Shown piece after piece: positions 1 to 11,200 of a stretch of DNA of 64,000 bases. Source of the DNA: Octopus sinensis (lineage: Eukaryota); assembly GCF_006345805.1 (NCBI RefSeq), contig NC_043007.1, positions 47,554,001-47,618,000 of the forward strand. The letters run 5' to 3'. The notes under the pieces are model-generated. The model made no database searches. It was not told the DNA's origin and saw only the letters and a list, made by a program, of their open reading frames with translations. The stretch's first letter is position 1. Every line of letters begins with the position of its first letter. Position numbers and translations under genes: made by a program.

Positions 1-141
1 AACGGTTATTTAAATTAATCCTTACTTTTACACCATCATGTAATGATGACTCATTACCATAGACTTCGCTTTCCTTATATTGCGTCATTTCCCTATCATC
101 TTTTGGAAAGTGTTCGCATTTTCTTATACTGCTCAATACCA

Positions 142-190
<49 letters not shown>
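142..190. repeat. (ATT)n microsatellite, probable tail of the adjacent minus-strand retroposon
   Basis: Perfect ATT run. Confidence 0.95.
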
Positions 191-545
191 GAGTGAGAGA
201 GCAGTGCATGCCATCAAAGTGACATTGGGATAAAATATATGAAGCCCAGTATACACATCATGACTACCCGTCTGATAAGGGTACACCAGGCATATGCATC
301 ACAACCATACGTGCGCGACATGGTGATCTCATATCAAGATAAACAGCACATGACCTTGCAGGTGGGACCCAGTTAGAATTTTCTTCTGGTCGAGTAACCA
401 ATCCCGCTCAGAAGGTCCCTGAATAAGGATTGTTTAAGGATGTTGAACGAACCACCCATGTTTCCAAAGTTGAATTATCCAAAACCTTCACGAATTCCTT
501 TCAACACACGGCTATGATGCTCCCCCACTACTTCTGCTCGTGATA
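191..545 (-). mobile_element. 3' part of a non-coding SINE-like retroposon ending in (AAT)n
   Basis: Non-coding and GC-richer than its flanks; abuts (AAT)n on the minus strand; truncated where a mariner fragment starts. Class is inferred. Confidence 0.45.
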
Positions 546-815
546 TCGCCTCAGCTGATTATCATTTATTCCGCAGTCTTCAAAATCGTTTGGAAGGAAA
601 AAATATGAATTTTGTAGACGAGGTCAAAACAGTAGTGGAGGAGTAGTTTACGCCACAGACAAGATGGTTTTGGAAGAGGGCCTTGCTATTCTACCAGATA
701 GATGAAAGAGCATTGTAGAAAATGAAGGAGAGTATATCTTAGATGAAAAAATCTTTATTTTGAAAAATACAGGAAGTATTATTAAAATGGCATTATTTAT
801 GGGATGACCCTACAT
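541..815 (+). mobile_element. mariner transposase 3' fragment with right TIR
   Basis: Reads D-IA-SADYHLFRSLQNRLEGK (YSPDLAPSDYHLF region); ends in TIR-like ATTATTTATGGGATGACCCTA. Confidence 0.8.
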
Positions 816-1068
816 ACATGCATTTTTAAGTGTCGTTATATGAGGAAAAATTTCTATTAGTCAAATACATATGTATGTACATTCATACATACAACCATGT
901 ACGCAACCATGATGCAAGAAACACTAACATATTTGGATACCTGGTATCGATGTTTTGTTTTCTTTCTTCTGTTTTGTTTTCTTTCGTCTTTTTAATTAAT
1001 CTAATTTAAAATAATGAAATAAATACAAGAACAACAATAGATGAATAAATAAATAAATAAATAAATAA

Positions 1069-1460
1069 AGGAGTGTGGTAAGTATCTTGCTTTCCAGCCA
1101 CATGGTTTCGGGTTCAGTCCCACTGCGTGGCACCTTGGATAAGTGTCTTCTAGTATAGCCTAGAGCCGACCAAAGCCTTGTAGGTGGATTTGGTAGGCGG
1201 AAACTGAAAGAAGCCCATCGTATATACACTTATGTGTGTGTGTGTGTGTTTGTGTGTCTATATTTGTCCCCCCAACATCTCTTATCAACCGATGGTTGTG
1301 TGTTTACGTCCCCGTAACTTAGCGGTTCGGCAAAAAGAACGATAGAATGAGTACTAGGCTTACAAAAATTAAGTCCTCGGGTCGATTTGCTTGAATAAAT
1401 GCGGTGCTCCAGCATGGCCGCAGTCAAAATACTGAAGCAAATAAAAGAATAAAAGAAAGA
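1069..1460 (+). mobile_element. SINE family A (tRNA-like head, CORE-like CCTTGGGCAAGTG box, internal (TG)n, CR1-like tail)
   Basis: Head B-box GGTTCAGTCCC; tail GCGGTGCTCCAGCATGGCCGCAGTCAAA; at least 7 related copies in the window. Confidence 0.85.
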
Positions 1461-1604
1461 ACGGTGTAGGTGAAAAACGTGAAGCAATAATAACCACAAT
1501 AACAACCGCAATTACGACCATAATGCCACCAACACAAAGAACCTCTAACAGAAATTATGGAGTGTCTCATATCTAAGGCAGTATCCTGAATATATTGTGG
1601 ATTT

Positions 1605-1727
1605 CCCAACGACTTTGTACCAGGTTCAGTTCCACTGCGTGGCACCTTGGGCAAGTGTCATCAACTATAGCCTCAGCCCACAGCCTTCTGAGTGGATTTG
1701 GTAGACAGCAACTGAAAAAGCCTATCA

Positions 1728-1765
<38 letters not shown>

Positions 1766-1965
1766 TGTGTGTATGAGTGTGTGTGTGTGTATGTGTACAT
1801 GTGTTTGTATTTGTGGACACCCCCCACCGGCGCTTGACAATCGGTGTTGTGTTTACGTCCCTTTAACTTCGCTGTTCGGCAAAAGCGACCGATAACATTT
1901 AAACAAAAAATTCTGAGGTCGATTCACTTGACTAAAAAATCTTCAGGGCGGTCCCTTAGCATGGG
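1605..1965 (+). mobile_element. SINE family A, diverged copy
   Basis: Aligns with 1069-1460. Confidence 0.75.
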
Positions 1966-2085
1966 CGTAGACGACATTAGAAACTACAGCTCATAGCAAT
2001 TACAACAACAATAATAACGATGACAAGAACAACAACTATACAGCAACATTAACATCAGTTGCAACAACGCCCGGCTCTAGAAAAT

Positions 2086-2348
2086 TTGGCAGCGTGGAAG
2101 GTGTTTGTAAGCCATTTAAGAAACACACAAAAGCCGTTCGATTCACTTCAACATTTAAGTTTAATTTGTCAAAATATTTTCGTCGCTATAAGACCGCGAT
2201 CTGTTCACTGACAAAAATCCGTTGTCAGTTGAAGTGAATCGAACGGCTTTTGTGTGTTTCTTAAATGGCTTACAAACACCTTCCACGCTGCAATTGTTTT
2301 CGTTCCAGCACACGATCTCAGATCAAATCACTTGCTATGCAAGTACAT
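2086..2348. mobile_element. 263-bp non-autonomous element (probably Penelope-derived) with 11-bp TSD, 64-bp inverted repeats and an internal hammerhead
   Basis: TSD CTCTAGAAAAT at 2075-2085 and 2349-2359; perfect IR 2089-2152 / 2228-2291. Confidence 0.8.
2165..2215 (-). ncRNA. type I hammerhead ribozyme motif, G3:C8 variant
   Basis: UUUGUCA-GUGAACA-GAUCGC(ggucuuaua)GCGAC-GAAA-AUAUU-U-UGACAAA: 7-bp stem I, 5-bp stem II with one bulge, palindromic AAUAUU stem III. Confidence 0.65.
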
Positions 2349-2404
2349 CTCTAGAAAATATTATACAAGGAAAAAAGCAAGAATTATATCAAGGATATAA
2401 TAAA

Positions 2405-2777
2405 TCTCTCTATATATAAACGGCAGTTTGTCTGTGTGTGTTTCTGTGTGTCTGTTTGTTTGTACCCGCACCCTGACCACGGCTTTCAACCGATTCTGAT
2501 GAAACTTGACACACACATAGCCCAATGTCATAATTCAAAACTAACGCAGCGAAAATTTTGAAAAGTTCCCTCAGTTCTGAAAAAAATCGATAAATTCAAC
2601 ATGGGGTCGAGAATCAGAAACACAAACCACAGACTGTCTAGGGGACGCAACTCGACCTTTTTAACTCTCAAAAAAAATTTACCATAATTTTTTTTCCATT
2701 TTTTGGCTATAACTCTCTAAAAATGCTTTATAGTTATTTCCCTTACAAACCTGAGCAACGCCGGGCGATACTGCTAG
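2405..2777 (+). mobile_element. non-autonomous Helitron-like element
   Basis: 5' TC...TATATATAAA, CTGT/TG-rich segment, 3' GCAACGCCGGGCGATACTG-CTAG; inserted between A and T with no TSD. Confidence 0.7.
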
Positions 2778-3061
2778 TCTAATGATAAATGACAAATATC
2801 ATAGAAACTTACGGTCATAGAAACCAAAAGAACATATAAACTTTTGTAGCAGCCAGCGCTACAAACACTACAAAAATAACAATGGAAACGCTACCACAAC
2901 CATCGCCAGCAACAGCACTACTGCAGTACAAAACGCCAATACTAATACAACTACAACGACCGCTAACAATAACATCAGCACCACAATTACAACAATGACA
3001 AGTACACTGTTACAACTACTAGCAACAACAAAAATACTGCGACCAACACCAACAACAGCAG

Positions 3062-3245
3062 TGGAGGCACAATGGCCTAGTGGTTAGGGCAGCGGACTCG
3101 CGGTGGTAAGAACGCGGTTTCGATTCCCAGACCGAGCATTGTGAGTGTTTATTGAACAAAACCACCTAAGCTCCACGAGGCTCCAGCTTTTAACCCTGCT
3201 GTACTCTTTCACTATAACTTTCTCTCACTCTTTCTTCCTACTTCA
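3062..3245 (+). mobile_element. SINE family B (tRNA-derived head), truncated
   Basis: A-box TGGCCTAGTGG, B-box GTTTCGATTCCC; second copy at 18071. Confidence 0.75.
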
Positions 3246-3529
3246 GCTACAAAGCAGAGGAACCATAGTGTAGCCCACTATGGTGTGGTAAACTTTCAGA
3301 ACCTAGTCTAGATTGAGAATCCTCTGTACCCCATGATGGTTCGGCTCTCCACCCGTTAAAAGCCACCGTTTACGGAATGAGGATAACCACGTAGCTTTCG
3401 CGCCCGTGAAACCGCCAGTCTATCGCGTGTGGTGGGTGTTTCTTCAAGTTGCCACACGCATTCTTAGTAGCTTAGAGTAGGCTCAAATTAGAGATTATTC
3501 TCTGTGGCTAATGGTGTGAGTCCTGATCG

Positions 3530-4575
3530 GAAGAAGACAACAACAGCAACACTGTTGCAACTACTGGCAACACCATCACAGATGTTATTTCAACTGCTAC
3601 TTACACCAACAGTAACAATACTACTACAACAACCACTACTTACACTACTACTAGCTGCTCTACCACAGCCATCACTGAGACTGCTACTGCCACGACTAAT
3701 ACTGCTGCAAGTACGACTACTTTTACTGCCTGTCACAATAATATTATTGCTAATACTTTCACTACCAACAATAACGCTACTGCAACTACAACGACCACCA
3801 CAGCAACAGCCACTACCAACAACACTATTGGGTTGTCCAGAAAGTCCGTGCCGATTTATAGTAGCTTACCTTTCGACTTATTTTAGAACATGGTTGAATC
3901 CATAAAATTTGACTACACCTCCATTTAGAGCTTATCTTTTCGTGGAAGGTTTATGTGCCTATAACCTGTGTTAATTTTGTAACCCTTTAAAATGGAAGAA
4001 TAAGAAAGTACATTTTCGGCACTTGATGCTTTGGGAACCAGACAAAAATTGCTGCAGCTCGGCTGGGATGTGTTACCCCACCCTCCATATTCACCAGATA
4101 TTGCTCCTTCGGATTTCCACTTATTCAGGTCTCTGCAGAATAGTCTTAATGGTAAAAATTTCATTTCCTTGGATGATGTAAAAAGATACCTTGATGAATT
4201 CTTTGCCATGAAACCACCTCAATTCTGGGAAGAGGGTATTTTCAAGTTAAAGGAAAGATGGAGACGCATTGTGCAACAAAATGGTTCATATTTGGTTGGT
4301 TAAAAATGTAATGGCAAGTATTTATTGACCGTTTTCTTCCCTTTAAAAATCGGCACGAACTTTCCGGACAACCCAATACAACTATCACCAACATTACTAA
4401 GACTTCCAGCAACACAACTACTACTACGCTCACTACCACCATCAGCGCAACTACGGCCACCGCCAATACTATTGCAGTGAACAACAACACTGCTACACCA
4501 CCTTACTGCATTGCTGCAACTACGCCCAACACTACAACTTCCACTATCATTACTGCTACCACTACTGCTTTCACT
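3530..4575. repeat. degenerate (ACT/ACA/ACC)n trinucleotide tract interrupted by a mariner
   Basis: ACN-rich low complexity on both sides of 3828-4376; similar tracts at 1990-2070 and 2870-3060. Confidence 0.8.
3828..4376 (+). mobile_element. internally deleted mariner (549 bp) with both TIRs and TA TSD
   Basis: TIRs TTGGGTTGTCCAGAAAGTCCGTGCCGATTT / AAATCGGCACGAACTTTCCGGACAACCCAA; TA at 3826-27 and 4377-78; N-terminal (K)KVHFRHLMLW joined to the WDVLPHPPYSPDIAPSDFHLFRSLQN C-terminus. Confidence 0.95.
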
Positions 4576-4689
4576 ATCTCTAGAAATAGAAGCGAAATGT
4601 ACTTAAATTGACATCCTACTGTTTCATTAAAAGGGACCCAGACAATGTAATCCTTAATAGATGGTACAAAAATAAAGAAAAGAAAACGA

Positions 4690-4900
4690 AGACTAGGTAA
4701 AAAAAAATTGTGAAACAGGGTATATTAGGTTTAAGCTCAGAAAAATTGGAAGTTTTTTACGTTTCGAGCACACACTCTTCTACAGAGAGAAAGACGAGGA
4801 AAGAAAAAAATGGAGGAAAAAAACAAACGTGTTTCAGTTGGACGGTCACCACATGAAATAGGGAAACAAATTGGTTATAGTTGGAACTTTTGGATCATTA
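4690..4900 (-). mobile_element. Penelope-like terminal relic with degenerate minimal HHR (4751-4790)
   Basis: CUGUAGA-A-GAG(ugugug)CUC-GAAA-CGU-A; stem I poorly paired. Confidence 0.4.
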
Positions 4901-5400
4901 GTTTATTCAATCAGAACTGACAGAACTAAACAACAACAATGATGATGACAACAACTACGACGAAGACGAAGACGGCAGTAACAATAACAAAACCAAGAAA
5001 CTAGCACAAACAATGAAATATTACATTATGGAACGTCTTATCAGTGATGTCTTCGTTTTGGTTATCGACAAATAGCAACTCAAATTCTTGTTTTTGCTTG
5101 TTACTGTCTTATCTCTGATAAGTTCTTGAAATATGGCCAGACTGTGATGAGATCCTGGTAGTTTATTCAAAAGCAGAGATTTCCTTTTATTTATTTTATC
5201 TATTTATTTATTTATTTATTTTTGCAAACTTTCTAAATGCCAAACGTCACTTACAACATGAGATGAATTTTCTGACTGGATGAATGTACATGTACTTAGA
5301 ACTTCGGAGAATCATGAAGAAAACAGCATGAGATATAAAAGAGTGATGTTATACTGGGGAACTAAAATATATGATGAAAATAATAATAATGATAATAATA

Positions 5401-5490
5401 TTTCTCTCTCTCTCTCCATCCCTCTCTCTCCCTCCATCCCTTTCTCTCCCTCCTTCCCTCTCTCTCTCTCTCTCTTTCTCTCTCTTTGTC
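5401..5490. repeat. (CT)n/(CCT) low complexity
   Basis: Direct inspection. Confidence 0.9.
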
Positions 5491-6606
5491 ATTCTCTCAC
5501 TTTCTCCTCACCGGTCTGTATCTGTTTTAACTAAAGCTATAGAATCTACTGATAGCCACAAACTACAACAGGTCTTTGTTACTTACATCCTACTTTTCAA
5601 AGAATCCAGATAAAATTATGTGCAACAAGAATCTAAAGCAATATAAAATTTTAATCGCAGATGGAATGGAAAGGTTAATAATTTATTGCCTTCATGGGAG
5701 GTTGTTTTAAGAACAACAGATAATATGGTTTCCATCTTGATAAAAAAAATATGCTGAACATAATTCTACAACGATGTAACTCAGTTCTGAGAAGTCTGTA
5801 ATCTAGATCAAAAGTTAACTGTATCCGTGGGTTTTCTACAAAATATTTAGTAGATCAACCTTGAAATTTTATGTCACGGACTAACAAACTGAAGACGTTA
5901 GTGTAACATGGAGGTTAAGTTTTGGGTTTCCCACTTTCTGGGAGACCAAAGTCAAATTACTGCAGCCAAAGAAACTTATTCTAAAGTACCATAAACTTTT
6001 TTTATTTACTTGTAGTCAAATACATGTAATATATGTAATCAGTTTCTCCCAACAGCTTTGTGCACGACACTGAAGTTATGCTAGAAATGAAAGCAAATGC
6101 ACCTGTACTATTCAAAAAATTATATAGAAGTCATAAACGATGCGTAAATATATCAATATGGCGCTTAACAGCCACAGAATTCCAAGTCCTTAGTTTTAGA
6201 CAAAAAGAAAATCCTCCTCCTCCGCACCCATTATCACACAACTCGAAATGTTCTTTCTTGCTCGAAAATAAGTTTGTCTTCTGGATATAGCTCTATCTAT
6301 GAACGCATGTTTCTTCAGACACATCCTAAAAGATTCTCACCTACTAGGGAGAACTCAGAAGCTGATACTGAGATACCAGATAGTATTATTGTTGACATTT
6401 CGAAATATTCTTCTATTGCCCGTATGTTGTACCTTCATCCAACGAAAGGTAATGCACAAAACTATAGTCTTTTGATGTCATGTCAAACCAATCATTTCGC
6501 ATGTGAATTGTTTACAGGGATTACTTCTTCGGCCATCACTACACTTAGGACTAAACTAATGTTGGCAGCATTAGGTAACATACACCATCATTTATATAAG
6601 GAAGAT

Positions 6607-6663
<57 letters not shown>

Positions 6664-6812
6664 CATAATTATAACAAAGGCTGGGCTTGTGCCTCACCAC
6701 GCACTGAAAAATAGACGTTAAAATACACTATTACCACCATAAGTTTTCCGAGGTAAAACACACTACATAATAGGCTAGCAGAAGAAAGAAAATGAATCAA
6801 AACTTTAGTTAA

Positions 6813-6880
6813 CCGCGTACATGATCGTGTTTCGGGCTTAAAGTAATAAAAACATTACCTATTGCCTTCATCAGCGTCGG
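6813..6880 (-). ncRNA. type I hammerhead ribozyme motif, core intact
   Basis: CCGACG-CUGAUGA-AGGC(...)GCCC-GAAA-CA(cgauca)UGUA^CGCGG; GUA cleavage triplet; A.C mismatch at the base of stem II. Confidence 0.7.
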
Positions 6881-7340
6881 TATTCCAAGGCATAAATATA
6901 CGAGTGACCACGGATATGTAAGCGAGCTGCATCTTCGCTTAACTTATATCCGTCGAGACTCGCAGAGATATGCTGCGAAGTAAAATTCATACCCTTCCCT
7001 TATAGCCACGTGCAGTGTATTAAAGATCAAGTCTGCAGTTAATACAGTTTTGATCAAGGAGTAAATATTTTTCTCAACTATTAATCATAATAATAATAAA
7101 AGGTAAAAATTATTAATGATTTTTACCAGGTGGTGTCAGCGCGGAAATAAAACCTCATATGTAAATTATATAAATATTTTATAATTATTTACATAATTAT
7201 AACAAGGGTTTGGTTTGTGCCTCACCACGCATTGAAAAATAGATGTCAAAAGACACTGTTACCACCATAAATTCTCCTAGGTAAAACACGCTACATAATA
7301 GGCTAGCAGAGGACAGAAACTGAATTAAAACTTTGGTTAA

Positions 7341-7408
7341 TCACGTATATGATCGTGTTTCAGGCTTAAAGTAATAAAAACAATACCTATTGCTTTCATC
7401 AGCGTCGG
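7341..7408 (-). ncRNA. hammerhead motif copy 2 (GUA changed to AUA)
   Basis: CUGAUGA and GAAA intact; 528 nt from copy 1. Confidence 0.55.
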
Positions 7409-7573
7409 TATTCCAAGGCAGTCTTGATCTTTAACAAACTGCATGTGGCTACAAGAGAAGGATATGAATTCTAATTCGCAGCATATCTCTGCGAGTCTCG
7501 ACAGATATAAGTTAAGCGAAGACACAGCTCGCTTACATATCCGTGGTCACTCGTATAGTTATGCCTTGGAATA

Positions 7574-7641
7574 CCGACGCTGATGAAGGCAATAGGTAAT
7601 GTTTTTATTACTTTAAGCCCGGAACACGATCATGTACGCGG
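7574..7641 (+). ncRNA. hammerhead motif copy 3 (GAAA changed to GGAA, likely inactive)
   Basis: CCGACG-CUGAUGA...GCCC-GGAA-CACGAUCAUGUA-CGCGG. Confidence 0.55.
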
Positions 7642-7883
7642 TTAACCAAAGTTTTAATTTATTTTCTTCCTTCTGCTAGCCTATTATGTAGTGTGTTTTT
7701 CTCGGAGAATTTATGGTGGTAATAGAATCTTTTGACGTCTAATTTTCAGTGCGTGGTGAGGCACAAACCAAGCTCTTGTTATAATTATGTATATGATTAT
7801 AAAATATTTATAAAAGTTACCTACGATATTTTATTTCCACGCTGACTACCTGGTAAAATTCATTAATGATTTTTGCCCTTTAT

Positions 7884-7950
<67 letters not shown>

Positions 7951-8004
7951 TATTTGGGGATATAATATATAAATATATATATGTATATATATATATATAT
8001 ATAT

Positions 8005-8068
8005 ATTTATTTTATCTCATTTTATCTAGTTTCAGCTCACGAGCTATGGCCATGCTGGGGCACCGCCA
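8005..8068 (-). mobile_element. solo 3' tail of the CR1-like LINE
   Basis: GGCGGTGCCCCAGCATGGCCATAGCTCGTGAGCTGAAACTAG matches the LINE end at 37684; another copy at 32545-32591. Confidence 0.65.
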
Positions 8069-8244
8069 TATATACAAATATCTTTTCAATTCTCATAGCT
8101 ATTCAAGCAAAATGAAAACATTGGACCTTTAAATATACACGAATTTATTTTATTTTGGGAGATAAAATACTATAAAAGAATTCCTGTAGTATTCCCAGGT
8201 ACCTCACATATACACATATCACACTTGTGTGCTCGTAGGTATAT

Positions 8245-8261
8245 AGGTAGATAGATAGACG

Positions 8262-8335
<74 letters not shown>

Positions 8336-8340
8336 CAGAC

Positions 8341-8403
<63 letters not shown>

Positions 8404-8470
8404 CAGACAGTCGGACGGACGGACGGACGGACGGACAGACGGATACATACATATATACATACATACATAC
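8245..8470. repeat. (GATA)n-(GACG)n-(TACA)n compound microsatellite
   Basis: Direct inspection. Confidence 0.95.
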
Positions 8471-8479
8471 AACATGCAT

Positions 8480-9745
8480 TGATGCTGTGACTAACGCCAG
8501 AATAACAAAAGAGTACTACAGACGCCGGAAAATATAGAACTCAGTGCTGTTTGCATTTAACAAAACCATATCTCACAATGCATTTGCAATACCAGTGCTA
8601 ATATCAACATTTTGGGTATTGCAATGGACACTCGATGAGATACGCAGCCTGGACATTAAAACCAGAAAGATATTGACCACTGGCAAATTCTACATTAGCA
8701 GTGATTTATATGAGACGAAGTGATGACAGTAGCGGCATAAGGCCAGTCCAAATGGCCTTTGGGTGCCGCATTTTATCACTAGAACAACACCTGCTGAACA
8801 GTAAAGAAAGAAATGAGTACATTCGATGCATACTCATAAGTAAGAAATGCATGGGTACACATCCTAGAAGGCAACAACAGCACTGACAGGAAGGGTAGCC
8901 TCTCCCGGACCTGCGATAGATGCATTAGATCCCACCTTGAAGGATATTCCTTTGTTATCCAGGGACAGGAGTTGTCTGCTGAATTTCTAATAAATAAAAG
9001 GGACAAAGAAACCACATAACCTCCACGTTGTAATAAAAACTCTCGGTTCTGCTATATTAATGTGGAAGATATCACCACTTCATCAGCAGCTACCCCAAAA
9101 TGTCTACGAGATACTATCTGCTCCTGAGGCATGACACAATTCCAAAGATTTTTTGCGATACTATCTGTGGGAAGGTCTGCCCTGATGTACACATTAAAGA
9201 CATGTCAGGGCCAGCAGGTATTCACACCTTTAAAAAACAAGGAATATTGGTTGAACAGCCTAATAAAAAAAATCAATTCGGAGCAATCATAACAGACCTG
9301 ATATTGTTCTATAGGACAGGGAACAAAAGGCATGCACTGTTGTAGAGGTCAGGTGCCCAGCAGACATGAATGTACAATCAAAAGTCCAGGAAAAAGAGAA
9401 CATTTATGGCGAATAAATGCGGAACTTACAGCTCTTGTACTCTACCTATGAGTTCTCATTTGTAATCATCATGATAGGTGCAATAGGTTATGTACCAACA
9501 AATTTGCGCAAAAACCTAGAAATATCTAGTTTCACTGAAAAAGTGCAAAAGAAACTAACACAGGTTCTCCAAATCCAATCTATTAGTGGCAGAGGAAAGA
9601 TTTGTAAGACATTCCAAGAATTCTCCATGTGGGATTTTTATGAAAATAGATGCACATACTTGGACAGTTCAACCAACAGACCAACTCAACCTGGAACTCT
9701 CTTAACTCAAAAAGTCATGTTGCTTTGTTAGAAACCAGCTTGAAC
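8480..9745 (+). mobile_element. R4/Dong-like RLE non-LTR retrotransposon, 3' fragment, decayed
   Basis: AFAIPVLIST...LDIKTRKILT (post-RT region), HDTIPK after a CCHC remnant, IITDLILF RLE remnant, terminal ICKTF. Confidence 0.7.
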
Positions 9746-9863
9746 TGGCTCAAGAAGAACTTAAATTAAACTCAAAGAAAAATCATAAATACATAAATGC
9801 ATACAGACATAAATACATGCATACATACTTTCATATATACATATATACATATACGTACATACA

Positions 9864-9915
<52 letters not shown>

Positions 9916-9953
9916 ATATATTTACGATATAACATTTATCAAATTATCTAAAA

Positions 9954-10220
9954 TCACGGGTAAGGATCTTTTGGCCATCCAAGTTGCTTTTCAAATGCTA
10001 CTTTATAGTGTCGTTCCCACAAATACGCTGGATATTGAGTCTTTAGATACTCTTGTCCTGATTTCCATCCTATCATTCCAGAAGCTGTTTTGGGTATTGG
10101 ACCAGAATTGAGCGCCTTTCGTTCTTTATTATCTTCGGGGACAGAGATATTCTTCAGTTTGTCGATTTGTTGCTGTATACGATCTTTATTGTCTTTGATA
10201 ACTGCCATTTCTTCCGATAG
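9954..10220 (-). CDS. CIMIP1: terminal exon of a CIMIP1/C20orf85 (LLC1 family) ciliary microtubule inner protein-like gene
   Basis: Acceptor TTTTTTTGTTTTTGAACAG at 10221-10239; phase 0; open to TGA at 9954-56. GPIPKTASGMIGWKS and AFEKQLGWPKD resemble recalled C20orf85 motifs PVPQTTQGFIGWRS and AFARELCWPKQ. Upstream exons not identified. Confidence 0.7.
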   Translation of the reverse strand, partial: LSEEMAVIKDNKDRIQQQIDKLKNISVPEDNKERKALNSGPIPKTASGMIGWKSGQEYLKTQYPAYLWERHYKVAFEKQLGWPKDPYP

Positions 10221-10699
10221 CTGTTCAAAAACAAAAAAACATTAAGTGAGAAATAAAATGGAAACAGAAGCGAAAGTATTAATAAGTTGAAGTATTTGCC
10301 AACCCGCTACTTCAAGAGGTGTGGGGCTTGGAATGCATACCGTGTCCAAGAGAACTGTTACATAAACATTTTTATATACCCAATGTTGTAATGACAGAAA
10401 GGAAATGGTGACACTAATGTTTTTAGTACTAAAACATTAAAAAATTTAAGAGTATTCGTGATCTACATGATATTTTCAAATGAATAGGGAATAATTTTGG
10501 CTGTCAACCCGAAGCTCATTTAAAATGTTAAGAATGAAAAAATTATATGGCAGAGTAAATATAGTTTTGGGTGCCTCTATGAGTTTTGTCTTGACACTTC
10601 TCATTGGATGACTACTGCCACTTCCGCTGCATTCAGTTTGACTTTGGCCTTGTTTGTCCCTAGCACATGTTGGAGACAGACGGTCATAGCAGGCTTCCT

Positions 10700-11200
10700 A
10701 CTGTGTAGAAATGTTAATTTTGTTGAGATTATTAAAATATTTATTTAGTTATTCGATTTCATTTTATAAGTTATCAAGGATGTTTGGGTTGCGTTTTTTC
10801 ACTGTAGGTTGTAGCTCATTCAGTAGCCATAACTGATTTAGAATTGTGTGAACTTGGACATCAAGTAATCTCATAATTGGTTTGTACATGTTATTCATTG
10901 GTCATAACTCTTTGTTTCTAAGTTTGCCCATAGAATTCCTATTTGTTGTTGTGGTGCATCTGTATTGATTAATTTAATCTATGCTATTCGTATTTATTTC
11001 CTTTTTTAGTCTATTCTTTATAGGTGTTAATTATTGCTAATTGAATTTTGATTTCGATAATTAGTGGTATTATAAATAATTTAATTAATCTTTTTTTTAA
11101 TGTAATCCAGTTATAGATGGTTAAGTTTGTAATTAATTATAGTTTGTATCCAGGTAAAAAAAAACAACTTAGGTTTGTATTTTCTTAGGCAGCGTTAGAA
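10700..11200 (-). mobile_element. possible highly decayed Penelope RT remnant
   Basis: EFYGQT..K..RP-like stretch with many stops. Confidence 0.3.

Larger units (their letters stand above)
6661..7886. mobile_element. hammerhead-containing non-coding repeat: ~528-nt direct repeat (minus) plus inverted copy (plus); retrozyme-like or Penelope pLTR cluster
   Basis: 6661-6892 matches 7190-7420 (direct); 7421-7790 is the reverse complement of 6661-7034 and 7790-7886 of 7092-7190; (TA)n on both flanks. Confidence 0.8.

Noticed and set aside
6274-6714. 146-aa plus-strand ORF
   Set aside because: Runs into (TA)n and the HHR repeat; no recognisable domain or splice support.
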